Assembly: GCA_051439505.1 (NCBI GenBank) | Contig: JBFRWI010000228.1 | Span: 32,001-96,000, forward strand | Reading direction: 5' to 3' | Origin: Hormoscilla sp. | GTDB lineage: Bacteria > Cyanobacteriota > Cyanobacteriia > Cyanobacteriales > Desertifilaceae | Length of the DNA: 64,000 bases | Shown here: in pieces, positions 48,377 to 58,021 of the stretch | Numbering within the stretch: the stretch's first letter is position 1 | Layout of the letters: every line of letters begins with the position of its first letter | Translations under genes and position numbers: made by a program | Notes under the pieces: generated by a model | Seen by the model: the letters and a program-made list of their open reading frames with translations, nothing else | Told to the model about the DNA's origin: nothing | Databases searched by the model: none

Positions 48377-50959
48377 GTGAAGAAGCATTCCGACCCTGCA
48401 TCTACTCCTGAAACCGATCTGCCTCCCAACGCTGACTACCGGCTGCTGGACCGCAGCAAGCTGACGCCCATGTTGCAGCATTATGCCGAAGTCAAGGATA
48501 AATACCCCCACGCCCTGTTGCTATATCGGGTGGGGGACTTCTTTGAGTGCTTCTTCCTAGATGCTGTCACCATCTCTCGGGAACTGGAACTGGTACTCAC
48601 CAGCAAGGAGGGGGGTAAGGAAATTGGCCGCGTCCCCATGACCGGAGTTCCCCATCACGCCCTCGATCGCCACAGTACCAACATCGTCGAAAAAGGTTAT
48701 CCCTTGGTGATCTGCGACCAAGCGGAAGATGCTGCTACCGCTGCTGCCGAACGCCGCATGGTTACCCGGGAGGTGACCCAAGTGCTTACCCCCGGCACTT
48801 TAACTGAGGAGGGCATGTTAAGTCCCCGTCGCAATAATTTCCTGGCAGCCGTTGTCATTGCTGGAGTAAATTGGGGGTTAGCCTATGCAGATATTTCTAC
48901 GGGAGAATTTCTCACCACCCAAGGCAGTAACCCGGAATATCTCACTCAAGAATTGATGCGCTTGCAACCTGCCGAAATTCTGGTTCCTACTAATATGCCA
49001 GACTTGACGGGGATGATGGTGCGTCCGGGAGAAGCATCGACCCATTTGCATGAATGTCTGCCCTCCACCTTTTGCTACGCTTGGCGTCCCCAATATGTCT
49101 TCAGTTTGGCGGAGGCCAAGGAACGACTCCTGGATAGGTTTAACGTGCGATCGCTGGAAGGGATGGGTTGCGACCAGTTACCTTTGGGGGTGCGGGCGGC
49201 GGGGGGACTGCTGGAATATCTGGAGGAAACCCAAAAGCAAAGCCATGTTAATCTGCAACTCCTGCGCACCTATTCGACTACGGACTTTCTGATCCTAGAT
49301 TACCAAACTCGCCGCAACCTGGAAATTGTCGAAACCGTTCGGGATGGCAGTTTTCACGGTTCTCTCCTATGGGCGATCGATCGCACGACGACCCCCATGG
49401 GAGGCCGGGCCTTGCGCCGCTGGTTGCTGCAACCTTTGCTGAAGTCCAAAGGCATCCGATCGCGGCAAGATACGATCCAGGAATTAGTAGACAATACCGA
49501 ATTGCGCAAAAACCTGCGGCAACTATTGCGGCAAATTTACGATTTGGAAAGGTTAACAGGTCGGGCGGGTTCTGGTAGGGCCAATGCCAAGGATCTCTTC
49601 GCCCTGGCATCATCCCTAGACAAATTACCAGAATTATCTGCTGTCACAACTAATGCCTATTCCCCCTTTCTGAGAACCTTACAGCAAGTCCCGCCGGAAT
49701 TAGAACAGTTGGCGCAAGAAATTAAAACCTATCTGGTAGAACCGCCTCCCCAGCAGTTGAAAGAAGGGGGTTTAATTAGGCCAGGGGTAAACGAAATGCT
49801 AGATGAAATGCGGGCGGCGGCGGCAGATGACCAAAAGTGGCTGGCGAATTTAGAAAGCGAAGAGAGACAGCGAACGGGCATCGGCAATCTGAAAGTCGGC
49901 TATAATAAAACCTTCGGCTATTATATTAGCATCGCCCGGGCCAAAGCCGACCAGGTTCCCGATAACTACACGCGCAAGCAAACCCTAGTTAATGAAGAAC
50001 GTTACATTACCCAAGAGTTGAAGGAACGGGAAGCACGAATTCTCACGGCCCGGGAGGAACTCAACGAGTTAGAATACGATATCTTTATCCGTCTGCGGGC
50101 GGAAGTGGGAGAAAAAGCCCCAGTAATTAGAACTGTTTCCCGGGCCGTAGCCGCTATAGATGTCTTGTGCAGTTTAGCAGAAGTTGCGGTCATCCAGGGT
50201 TATTGCCGTCCCGCGATCGCGGAAAGTCGAGAGATCGCCATTTCCGAAGGTCGTCATCCCGTGGTCGAACAATCTTTACCCGCTGGCTTCTTTGTCCCCA
50301 ATTCCACTACCATTGGCAAAGAACTCTCCAACGAATCTCCGGATTTAATTATCCTCACCGGTCCCAATGCTAGCGGTAAAAGTTGCTATTTGCGACAGGT
50401 AGGTTTAATTCAATTGATGGCCCAGGTGGGGAGTTTTGTCCCCGCCCAGTCCGCGACCCTGGGACTGTGCGATCGGATCTTCACGCGGGTGGGGGCGGTG
50501 GACGACTTAGCCACAGGTCAATCTACATTCATGGTCGAAATGAACGAAACTGCCAATATCCTCAATCACGGGACGGCCCAGTCTTTGGTGTTGCTGGATG
50601 AAATAGGCAGAGGAACGGCTACCTTTGACGGTCTTTCTATTGCCTGGGCGGTAGCAGAATACCTGGCAGGGGAAATAAAATCCCGGACAATATTTGCCAC
50701 CCACTATCACGAACTGAACGAACTAGCTTCCATTTTAGATAATGTGGCAAACTTCCAAGTAACAGTTAAGGAAATGCCCAACGAGATTATCTTTTTGCAT
50801 CAAGTAGAACCCGGAGGCGCTAATAAATCTTATGGCATAGAAGCGGGGCGTTTGGCAGGTTTGCCCCCAGTAGTGATTCAGCGGGCAAAGCAGGTGATGG
50901 GACAAATTGAAAAGCATAGCAAAATCGCGATCGGGCTTCGTGAAGGCATTGAAGATTAG
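48377..50959 (+). CDS. mutS: DNA mismatch repair protein MutS
   Basis: [68 protein letters not shown]. Confidence 0.99.
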   Translation: MKKHSDPASTPETDLPPNADYRLLDRSKLTPMLQHYAEVKDKYPHALLLYRVGDFFECFFLDAVTISRELELVLTSKEGGKEIGRVPMTGVPHHALDRHSTNIVEKGYPLVICDQAEDAATAAAERRMVTREVTQVLTPGTLTEEGMLSPRRNNFLAAVVIAGVNWGLAYADISTGEFLTTQGSNPEYLTQELMRLQPAEILVPTNMPDLTGMMVRPGEASTHLHECLPSTFCYAWRPQYVFSLAEAKERLLDRFNVRSLEGMGCDQLPLGVRAAGGLLEYLEETQKQSHVNLQLLRTYSTTDFLILDYQTRRNLEIVETVRDGSFHGSLLWAIDRTTTPMGGRALRRWLLQPLLKSKGIRSRQDTIQELVDNTELRKNLRQLLRQIYDLERLTGRAGSGRANAKDLFALASSLDKLPELSAVTTNAYSPFLRTLQQVPPELEQLAQEIKTYLVEPPPQQLKEGGLIRPGVNEMLDEMRAAAADDQKWLANLESEERQRTGIGNLKVGYNKTFGYYISIARAKADQVPDNYTRKQTLVNEERYITQELKEREARILTAREELNELEYDIFIRLRAEVGEKAPVIRTVSRAVAAIDVLCSLAEVAVIQGYCRPAIAESREIAISEGRHPVVEQSLPAGFFVPNSTTIGKELSNESPDLIILTGPNASGKSCYLRQVGLIQLMAQVGSFVPAQSATLGLCDRIFTRVGAVDDLATGQSTFMVEMNETANILNHGTAQSLVLLDEIGRGTATFDGLSIAWAVAEYLAGEIKSRTIFATHYHELNELASILDNVANFQVTVKEMPNEIIFLHQVEPGGANKSYGIEAGRLAGLPPVVIQRAKQVMGQIEKHSKIAIGLREGIED

Positions 50960-51062
50960 ACTTCTCTCTTCTCTCTTCGCTGTTAGTCCGCCGGGGGTAT
51001 CCCACCCCAGGCTAATAGCTAAAGTTGCGTTTTGACCGACTGAAAGCATTATAGAAAAAAAT

Positions 51063-51284
51063 GTAGGGTGGGCACCGCCCACCATTCGCGGCCAAGTAGC
51101 AATGTAGGTTGGGTTGGAGCAACGTTACCCAACAGCAATGTAGTAGAATGTAGGTTGGGTTGGAGCAACGTTACCCAACATGGTGCTCAATCTATAGATT
51201 AGCACGCTGATTTCTGACTACAAACCGCAAGCACTAAAGTGCTTACTACAAACCGCAAGCACTAAAGTGCTTACTACAAACCGC
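51063..51284. repeat. Cluster of three REP-like families
   Basis: gtagggtgggcaccgcccacc (51063); 2 x aatgtaggttgggttggagcaacgttacccaaca (51101, 51147); 2 x aagcactaaagtgcttactacaaaccgc (51229-51284). Confidence 0.9.
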
Positions 51285-51302
51285 CGTGTTATAGTATACA
51301 GT

Positions 51303-52220
51303 ATGGATATGGTAGCAGTGATCCCCTATTACAACTTCTCGAATAGCAGCCATAGAGAAACTGCTCTACAACGTACAGTTGCCTCCCTGGGGTCTGAGAT
51401 CGAGATTCTCTTGGTCGCTCACAATCTCGGCCCGTCCCGGAAAATATTGTCCAAGTCCTCCAATCTCCGAATCATCGATATCCCATCTGCCTCCATAGTT
51501 TGGCAAAAAGAACGCTTTCTGAACATAGCCTTATCATCCATTTCTACAGACTATAATTATATAGCTTGGATAGATGGGGACATCATCTTTAACGATAACT
51601 CATGGCAAATAGAGTTGCGACAAGCATTGGAGACTTCACAACTCGTCCAGCTATTCGATCGGGTGGTAGATGTTCGCCCCGAAGAAGATCGCCTAGTCGA
51701 AACCACCGGAGCCATGAAACGTTCGGTGGTCCGGTTCTTCGAGAATGGAACCCTCGATGGCAGTTACTTTGCCAAGAGTGGCATCTCTCAAAGGCTGGGC
51801 TGTGCGCCAGGGTTTGCCTGGGGAGCGCGAGTAGAAACCATGAAGAGGATCGGTTTTCCGGATATTTTCATACTGGGTGGCGGAGATAAGGCATTATTAG
51901 CAGGAGCCCTCGGACACCACGAAATCTTTTGTAGGACTCTGGCATTGAACCAGCATATAGGCAAGCGATACATGGAGTGGGCCCAAATCGCCTTTGAGTC
52001 CATCCAAGGCAAAATCGCTCACTTGAGTAACAGGATCTATCATATCTATCAAGGAGACTATCAAAATCGAAGCTATTCAAATCGGCACCAGCTACTCGCC
52101 GATGAGCGGTTCACGATCGAGGAATATCTGGAGAAGAATGAATTTGGCGCGTGGCAATGGCAGCGGGATAACGAGTACGCCACCAGAATAGCCAACTATT
52201 TTGAACAGAGAGGGGATTAA
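51303..52220 (+). CDS. GT-A fold glycosyltransferase-like protein
   Basis: AVIPYYN, WQKERFLNIA, AWIDGDIIF (DxD), GFAWG, LGGGD, HIYQG. Confidence 0.65.
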   Translation: MDMVAVIPYYNFSNSSHRETALQRTVASLGSEIEILLVAHNLGPSRKILSKSSNLRIIDIPSASIVWQKERFLNIALSSISTDYNYIAWIDGDIIFNDNSWQIELRQALETSQLVQLFDRVVDVRPEEDRLVETTGAMKRSVVRFFENGTLDGSYFAKSGISQRLGCAPGFAWGARVETMKRIGFPDIFILGGGDKALLAGALGHHEIFCRTLALNQHIGKRYMEWAQIAFESIQGKIAHLSNRIYHIYQGDYQNRSYSNRHQLLADERFTIEEYLEKNEFGAWQWQRDNEYATRIANYFEQRGD

Positions 52221-52267
52221 GCAATTGCTAAGCAGTGGAAATTCTGTAAGTTAGGGGAAAATAAGTT

Positions 52268-53506
52268 TTGAATGTTTTTAGCACCCTCAGTTCCAAATTG
52301 CGCCACAACCTGCTGATTCTGTTCGTGACAGGTCTGCTGTTTTGGTCCAGTCTCGGTTCCCTGCTGGGCACCCTACCTCTGTATATCCAGCATGTGGGGG
52401 GCACTCCTCAACAAGTGGGCATGGTCATAGGCTCCTTTTCCCTGGGACTGCTGTTGTCTCGCAAGTCTATTGGGCAGATGGCAGACAAGCGCAGTCGCAA
52501 ACTTGTTCTGTCCATCGGCAGCGGTGTGGTGGCGATCGCCCCCTTGGGCTATCTGTTGTTCCAGTCTATTCCGCTGCTGACAGCAGTCCGGGCGTTCCAC
52601 GGCATCAGTACTTCTGCCTTCACCACAGCTTATCTGGCCCTAGTGGCAGATATCTCTCCTCCCCAAAACCGCACTCAAATTATTAGCTACATGCTTTTGG
52701 TGATATCCTTAGGTCTGTCGATCGGACCTGCCGTGGGAAGTGTTCTGACCGAATCATTCGGTTATTCGACTTTATTTATCTTCACTTCCTCTTTAGGATT
52801 ATTCAGTCTAGTATGTGGCTTACAAGTCAGAGAACCATCAGTGCCTCAAGGGGAACCTGTTAGGACATCTCCACCGGAAGAGGACAAATTCTGGAGTAGG
52901 TTAAACACTCAGAGTATCGGCATTCCTACCCTGTTGTTTTTCTTAGTAGGAGTAGTTTTTGCAGCCCGGGTAACTTTCGTTCCTTTATTTATGAAAGATA
53001 TAAATGTCGATCTTAATCCCGGCTGGTTCTATACCGCCAGTTCGATCGCTAGCGTATGCAGTCGTTTAGCAATCGGTCCCTTGAGCGTTTGGTGTGGCAC
53101 AGGGCTACTTATTAGCATTTCTCTGCTGCTGTACGCCCTGGGGATGCTAACTTTGTGGATTTTCGTCCATCATGCCATACAGTTTTTAATCGCAGGCATC
53201 ATACTTGGGTTGGGGTTTGGTATGATTATTCCCCTGATGTCTGCGATGATAGCATGCCGCTGCCACTCTCAGGAACGGGGGCGCGTGTTTAGTTTGTGCC
53301 TGGGGGGGTTGGATCTGGGCATGGCGATCGCAGGTCCAGCATTTGGCTTAGTTGCAACTTCTACAGATTATCGCAGTATGTTCGCCCTTGCCGCTGCCCT
53401 CTCCTTTCTCAATCTCATAATTTTTACCACCATGTCTAGCAAAAACTTATCTCATTCTCTCCGGTATGCGATCGGCAAGGGCAAAGATGTTTATGCCATC
53501 GATTAA
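52268..53506 (+). CDS. MFS transporter
   Basis: About 12 hydrophobic segments; GQMADKRSRK motif A; RAFHGI; ERGRVFS. Confidence 0.92.
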   Translation: MNVFSTLSSKLRHNLLILFVTGLLFWSSLGSLLGTLPLYIQHVGGTPQQVGMVIGSFSLGLLLSRKSIGQMADKRSRKLVLSIGSGVVAIAPLGYLLFQSIPLLTAVRAFHGISTSAFTTAYLALVADISPPQNRTQIISYMLLVISLGLSIGPAVGSVLTESFGYSTLFIFTSSLGLFSLVCGLQVREPSVPQGEPVRTSPPEEDKFWSRLNTQSIGIPTLLFFLVGVVFAARVTFVPLFMKDINVDLNPGWFYTASSIASVCSRLAIGPLSVWCGTGLLISISLLLYALGMLTLWIFVHHAIQFLIAGIILGLGFGMIIPLMSAMIACRCHSQERGRVFSLCLGGLDLGMAIAGPAFGLVATSTDYRSMFALAAALSFLNLIIFTTMSSKNLSHSLRYAIGKGKDVYAID

Positions 53507-53515
53507 TTATTGTCA

Positions 53516-53630
53516 ATGGCATAGAAGCAGTTTGGCCAGTTTACCCCCAGTAGTGATTCAGCGGGCCAAGCAGGTGATCGGGCTGCGTGAAGGAATGTAA
53601 GGTTGGGTTGGAGCAACATTACCCAACAGC
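53516..53630 (+). repeat. Degenerate duplicate of the mutS 3' end plus downstream REP
   Basis: Aligns to 50832-50946 with substitutions and a 33-bp deletion, then to 51101-51136. Confidence 0.9.
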
Positions 53631-53738
53631 GACAAGCATTATACCATAACTTAAACAATGCCGAACACAACTATCCTGCTTTTGCTGGTTCTTTCCACAG
53701 GGCAAACACATATCAAGGGACTATTACTATCTGGTAAA

Positions 53739-54134
53739 ATGGAAACAGTATATCTACCTCCTGAGCCCAAAGGTCGAAGTTTACTAGCCTCCAGTCTTTT
53801 GCTCGCCTCCGTATACTTCGCTACAATCACTTTATCCGCCTGTACAGGAGAATATATTATGACTTCATCAAACGACGAAATTGTTACCCTTTATGTTGGC
53901 CCCAATTTGGTGGACTGCATGGGAGTTGCGCCCCAAAAATGTATGTTGGTGCGCGAAGAGGATGAGCAGGAGTTTACTTATTTCTACTTTGGCATTGAGG
54001 GATTTGATTACGAACCAGGCTATAACTATAAGCTGCGCGTTCGCAAAACCCCGATCGCAAATCCTCCTATGGACGCTTCGTCTATCCAGTGGACCTTAGT
54101 CGAACAGTTGGAAAAAACTCCCGCTACCCCATAA
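53739..54134 (+). CDS. DUF4377 family lipoprotein
   Basis: Lipobox LSAC; VDCMGVAPQKCMLV, IEGFDYEPGYNYKLRV, NPPMDASS. Confidence 0.85.
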   Translation: METVYLPPEPKGRSLLASSLLLASVYFATITLSACTGEYIMTSSNDEIVTLYVGPNLVDCMGVAPQKCMLVREEDEQEFTYFYFGIEGFDYEPGYNYKLRVRKTPIANPPMDASSIQWTLVEQLEKTPATP

Positions 54135-54151
54135 AAGCGCTAAAGCGCTTA

Positions 54152-55402
54152 CTACGAACCTGAGTACAAACTGACTACGCGCCCCTGCAATTTCCGCCCT
54201 AACCAAGGCGTATTAGCAGCACGAGTTTTCAGAGTTCTATTCTCAACAGTCCAGGTCTGTTGAGGATCGAACAGCAGAATTTCCGCATATTCTCCTGCTG
54301 AAATGACAGCAGGTTGCTGCTGCAAGCATAAAGCTGGATTTGTACTCAGACTCTGCCATAATTTAACAGCCTCTAATTGCCCAGTTTCTACTAAACTGTG
54401 CCACAATAAGGGGAATGCTAGCTCTAACCCGATCGCCCCTGGAGGTGCTTCGGCAAAAGCTACAGTTTTTTCCTCGTATGTATGGGGACTGTGGTCGATC
54501 GCGATCGCATCAATTACCCCATCCCTGACTCCGGCAATTAAACTCTCCCGATCGATCGGGTTTCCTAAAGGCGGTTCCAAGCGCAAATTCGGGTCATAGG
54601 AATGACTGGCAATATCAGCAGTATCCAGCAACAGATGCATCCAGGTACTGCTAGCTGTCACTGGCAATTTGCGACTCTTAGCATCAGAGATCAGTTCCAC
54701 AGCCCCAGCAGTAGAAACCCGCATCACATGGACAGGCGTTCCAGTATATTCCACCAATTGTAACAAAGCCGCCAGAGCCGTTGTTTCCGCAATTGCTGGA
54801 GTTCCCGGTAACCCCAAACGGAGGGAAAAAACTCCCTCTCGCATCACCCCATCTGCCGCCAAACTGCCGTTATGGGGCCACAGGGCCACCGGCTTTCCTA
54901 AAGGCTGCAAGTATTCTAACAAACGTCTGAGTAGAGCCATATTTTCCACTGGTTTACCATCAGCAAAACCTACCACTCCTGCTGCGGCTAACTCTGCCAA
55001 TTCAGTCATCTGTAGTCCTTGGGTACCCAAAGTAAGAGCCCCCCAGCAATAGAGATGGGGGACTCTTTTCATCAAGGCCAAAGCCGCTGGGTTATCCACT
55101 GACGGCATCGTATCTGGTAAAATGGCAATTCTGGTAAAACCCCCCGCCGCCGCCGCTGCCATTAGAGTCTCTAAAGTTTCCCGCTGCTCAAACCCAGGTT
55201 CTCCAGAATGACTGTACAGATCCACTAGCCCCGGTCCCATTACCAGTCCCCGGCAATTCTTCACATTCACCGAACTGGGATAGTCCGCAATTTTGGGGGC
55301 GATCGCCTTAATATAACCCTCTTCTATCAGCACATCACCGACTCTATCTGTACCCGAAACTGGCTCAATTAAACGCACTTCTTGCAGCAGTAATTCACTC
55401 AT
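54152..55402 (-). CDS. pyrC: Dihydroorotase (cyanobacterial PyrC/PyrC'-like)
   Basis: GPGLVDLYSHSGEPG, AAAGGFT, PPLG, AIAIDHSPH, APPGAIGLE. Confidence 0.85.
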   Translation of the reverse strand: MSELLLQEVRLIEPVSGTDRVGDVLIEEGYIKAIAPKIADYPSSVNVKNCRGLVMGPGLVDLYSHSGEPGFEQRETLETLMAAAAAGGFTRIAILPDTMPSVDNPAALALMKRVPHLYCWGALTLGTQGLQMTELAELAAAGVVGFADGKPVENMALLRRLLEYLQPLGKPVALWPHNGSLAADGVMREGVFSLRLGLPGTPAIAETTALAALLQLVEYTGTPVHVMRVSTAGAVELISDAKSRKLPVTASSTWMHLLLDTADIASHSYDPNLRLEPPLGNPIDRESLIAGVRDGVIDAIAIDHSPHTYEEKTVAFAEAPPGAIGLELAFPLLWHSLVETGQLEAVKLWQSLSTNPALCLQQQPAVISAGEYAEILLFDPQQTWTVENRTLKTRAANTPWLGRKLQGRVVSLYSGS

Positions 55403-55581
55403 TGTCGCTAATTTTCAATTGTTACCCTCTCTTCCTCTCGTTCTTCTCGTTCTTCTCGTTTCTCGTTGGCAGGTTCTACCTGCCAACGGTATTCTGAGGC
55501 TCCCGCCTCCAGTCAGCACAGGAGTGCCGAGTCAAGATTGGAATCTGTTGAATAAAATGCTATTACTGTACCGTAGCAGAT

Positions 55582-55646
55582 GGTGGGCGGTGCCCACCCT
55601 ACATAAATTACCATTTGTAGCATCTGGTGGGCGGTGCCCACCCTAC
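55582..55646 (-). repeat. Two gtagggtgggcaccgcccacc REP copies
   Basis: 55582-55602 and 55626-55646; same family at 25074, 37457, 45707 and 51063. Confidence 0.9.
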
Positions 55647-57028
55647 AGTGCTCCTGCTGCTGTTTTGTCGAGAATGCTGCCACTAAGGTGAGTGGTAATA
55701 TTATCGGTTTCTAGCACTGGTTTCCCGTCCAGTCCTTTGGGGTAATCAATCACCGTAACTGCACAATTTCCCTGCTTAAAATTCCAGAAATGCTCTGGAG
55801 ACAAGCCAAACAATTGGCAGAGAACCGCTTTATTGATCGCATCGTGGGCAACCACTAAACCTATACTGTTAGGGGGCGCTGATTTAACAATTTCATTCCA
55901 AGCTGCCATTCCCCGTTCCCAGACCTGCTGCAAGTTTTCTCCCTCTGGCATTTGCACCGTTGCCGGAGCCGTTTTCCATTGCTCTAATTGACCGGGAAAC
56001 CCCTGTTCAATTTCTGCTTCTAACTTCCCTTCCCACAAACCGTGACTTATTTCTCTGAGTCCCTCGGACAGTTGCAGCTGCACTTTCGGATGATGCTGGA
56101 GAATAATTTCTGCTGTTTCCTTGGGGCGTAACATGGGGCTAGTCACGGCAAAATCAATCTGCACATCTTTGAGAAACTCCCCAGCATTCTGGGACTGTTT
56201 GCGCCCGTTTTCATTCAGGGGGATATCATTCCATCCCTGAAACCGTTTCTCACGATTCCATTCTGTTTCCCCGTGACGCACTAGCAACAGTCGGCAACCG
56301 CGATGTCCTTCTCGCGGTTTCGGGAAAATCTCTCCCATATGAGATGTGAGATTCATCGATTCTAGCTGCACTGCGTCGCCCAGATCTCCTGCAAAATTCA
56401 GCACGCTGATGCCACAGTTAGACTGCTGGAGCGAATGGTAGTAAGCTGGTGGAATACCCACAGCAGTTCCTAGCAAGCAACGGTTAATGCCGTTGTGCGC
56501 CACTACCATAATTGTCTTGCCTGGATGGCGAGGCAAAACTTCCTGCCAGAATGCTTTTGCTTGCTCGTAGAGTGCTAAAACTGGATAATGTTCTGAGTTT
56601 CCCTCTGGTGAGGGTACTAGCATGTGAAATTCTTCGGGACGTTCCTTCCAGCAGCGGTAGTCGGCGGCAAATTTTTCCTTTACCTCAGCCCTCAGCATTT
56701 CTTCCCAGAGAGGCAGGTCGATCTCTCTCAAATTATCTACCTCACGCACTTCCGGCGATGCTTCTAAGCCCGAAGCGATAATTTCTGCCGTGCTTTTCGC
56801 CCGTTGCAAGGGACTACAGTAGATGGCATCAAAGCTGAGACCCTTGAGGGCGACACCCACTTTGCTGGCGTCGGCACGACCTTTTTCCGTTAAGACTGAC
56901 TTGTCACAGCGGCCCTGAATTCGGCCTTCAAGGTTATAACTGCTTTGACCGTGGCGGACTATAATAACGCGAGTAGTCAGGGTTTTATCCTCCGTATTTT
57001 GCGCTACAGCTGGATTTACATAATACAA
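55643..57028 (-). CDS. Two-domain histidine phosphatase family protein
   Basis: IIVRHGQS and LLVRHGET RHG motifs; start uncertain. Confidence 0.92.
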   Translation of the reverse strand: MYYVNPAVAQNTEDKTLTTRVIIVRHGQSSYNLEGRIQGRCDKSVLTEKGRADASKVGVALKGLSFDAIYCSPLQRAKSTAEIIASGLEASPEVREVDNLREIDLPLWEEMLRAEVKEKFAADYRCWKERPEEFHMLVPSPEGNSEHYPVLALYEQAKAFWQEVLPRHPGKTIMVVAHNGINRCLLGTAVGIPPAYYHSLQQSNCGISVLNFAGDLGDAVQLESMNLTSHMGEIFPKPREGHRGCRLLLVRHGETEWNREKRFQGWNDIPLNENGRKQSQNAGEFLKDVQIDFAVTSPMLRPKETAEIILQHHPKVQLQLSEGLREISHGLWEGKLEAEIEQGFPGQLEQWKTAPATVQMPEGENLQQVWERGMAAWNEIVKSAPPNSIGLVVAHDAINKAVLCQLFGLSPEHFWNFKQGNCAVTVIDYPKGLDGKPVLETDNITTHLSGSILDKTAAGAL

Positions 57029-57396
57029 CGCTAATTATTTTACCCTGTATGGTGTACTCAAGCCAATATCGCAAACCGGAAGAGGCGATCCATTGCCCCT
57101 CCCAGCGATGGTTCAAACCTGACTATCCAGATACTTCCCAGTCCATAATCGCTTTGTTCTGCCATTCTTCATCCCAGCCTAAATCTAGTTCATCAACCAG
57201 TCTACAAGCCTTTCTCCTCGCAATAAGCCTGGTCCAATGACTCCCGGTGAAGCATTCCATGCCCACCAGTTATCAGTGCTTGACATCCGATCGTCATGCT
57301 TGGCTATTTTAATATCAAATTTGGCTATTTTCACTTTTAACCTGCTGTTCGCAATGTTAAAATATATATTATTTATTTTTCAGCTAATAATTTCGA

Positions 57397-57785
57397 CTGT
57401 GAAACTGAAGATGTAAACCGTGAAACTGAAGATGTAAACTTTAACACAGAATCTTTCAACGGTAAATCAGAGTATTTTAATGGCAAATCAGAGTATTCCA
57501 ATGGCAAATCAGAGTATTTTAATGGCAAATCAGAGTATTCCAACGGCAAATCAGAGTATTTTAATGGCAAATCAGAGTATTTTAACAGTGAAGCCGAGCA
57601 GTTTAATGGCAAATTAGAGTATTTTAACGGTAAAGCCGAGCAGTTTAACGGTGAAGCCGAGGATTTTAACGGTAAAGCCGAGCAGTTTAACGGTGAAAGT
57701 GAGTAGTTTAACGGTGAAAGTGAGTAGCTTAATGGAAAAAGTGAGTATTTTAACGGTGAGCTTGAGTATTTTAACGGTGAACCCG
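57397..57785. repeat. Degenerate 21-bp tandem array (~18 units)
   Basis: Consensus about gagtattttaa(t/c)gg(c/t)aaatca, drifting to gagcagtttaacggtgaagcc/agt. Confidence 0.9.
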
Positions 57786-58021
57786 GTGGTTGGAAGCAAG
57801 CTCTTAATGCAATTACGATCAACTGTCCAAGGGTTATTCAGCGTCCTGCGATGATTATTCACTGCCATGCAAGCGAAATTCAGCGTTTGACTCCGATCGC
57901 GCAGTGACGAAAGAGTCTGTAGCGTAGTCATGCAGATTCCTAACTGTTATATAGTACTGATAGCGTCGGAAGCGTGCAAAGCGCTGACTACAAACTGCTC
58001 ACTATTATTGACAACGAACGA

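Noticed and set aside
51267..51302. ORF-track N-terminal extensions at 51267 and 57974
   Set aside because: Those starts fall inside REP-like repeats; downstream ATGs were preferred.
57049..57260. Possible minus-strand gene remnant
   Set aside because: Contains stops, and I could not assign a family.
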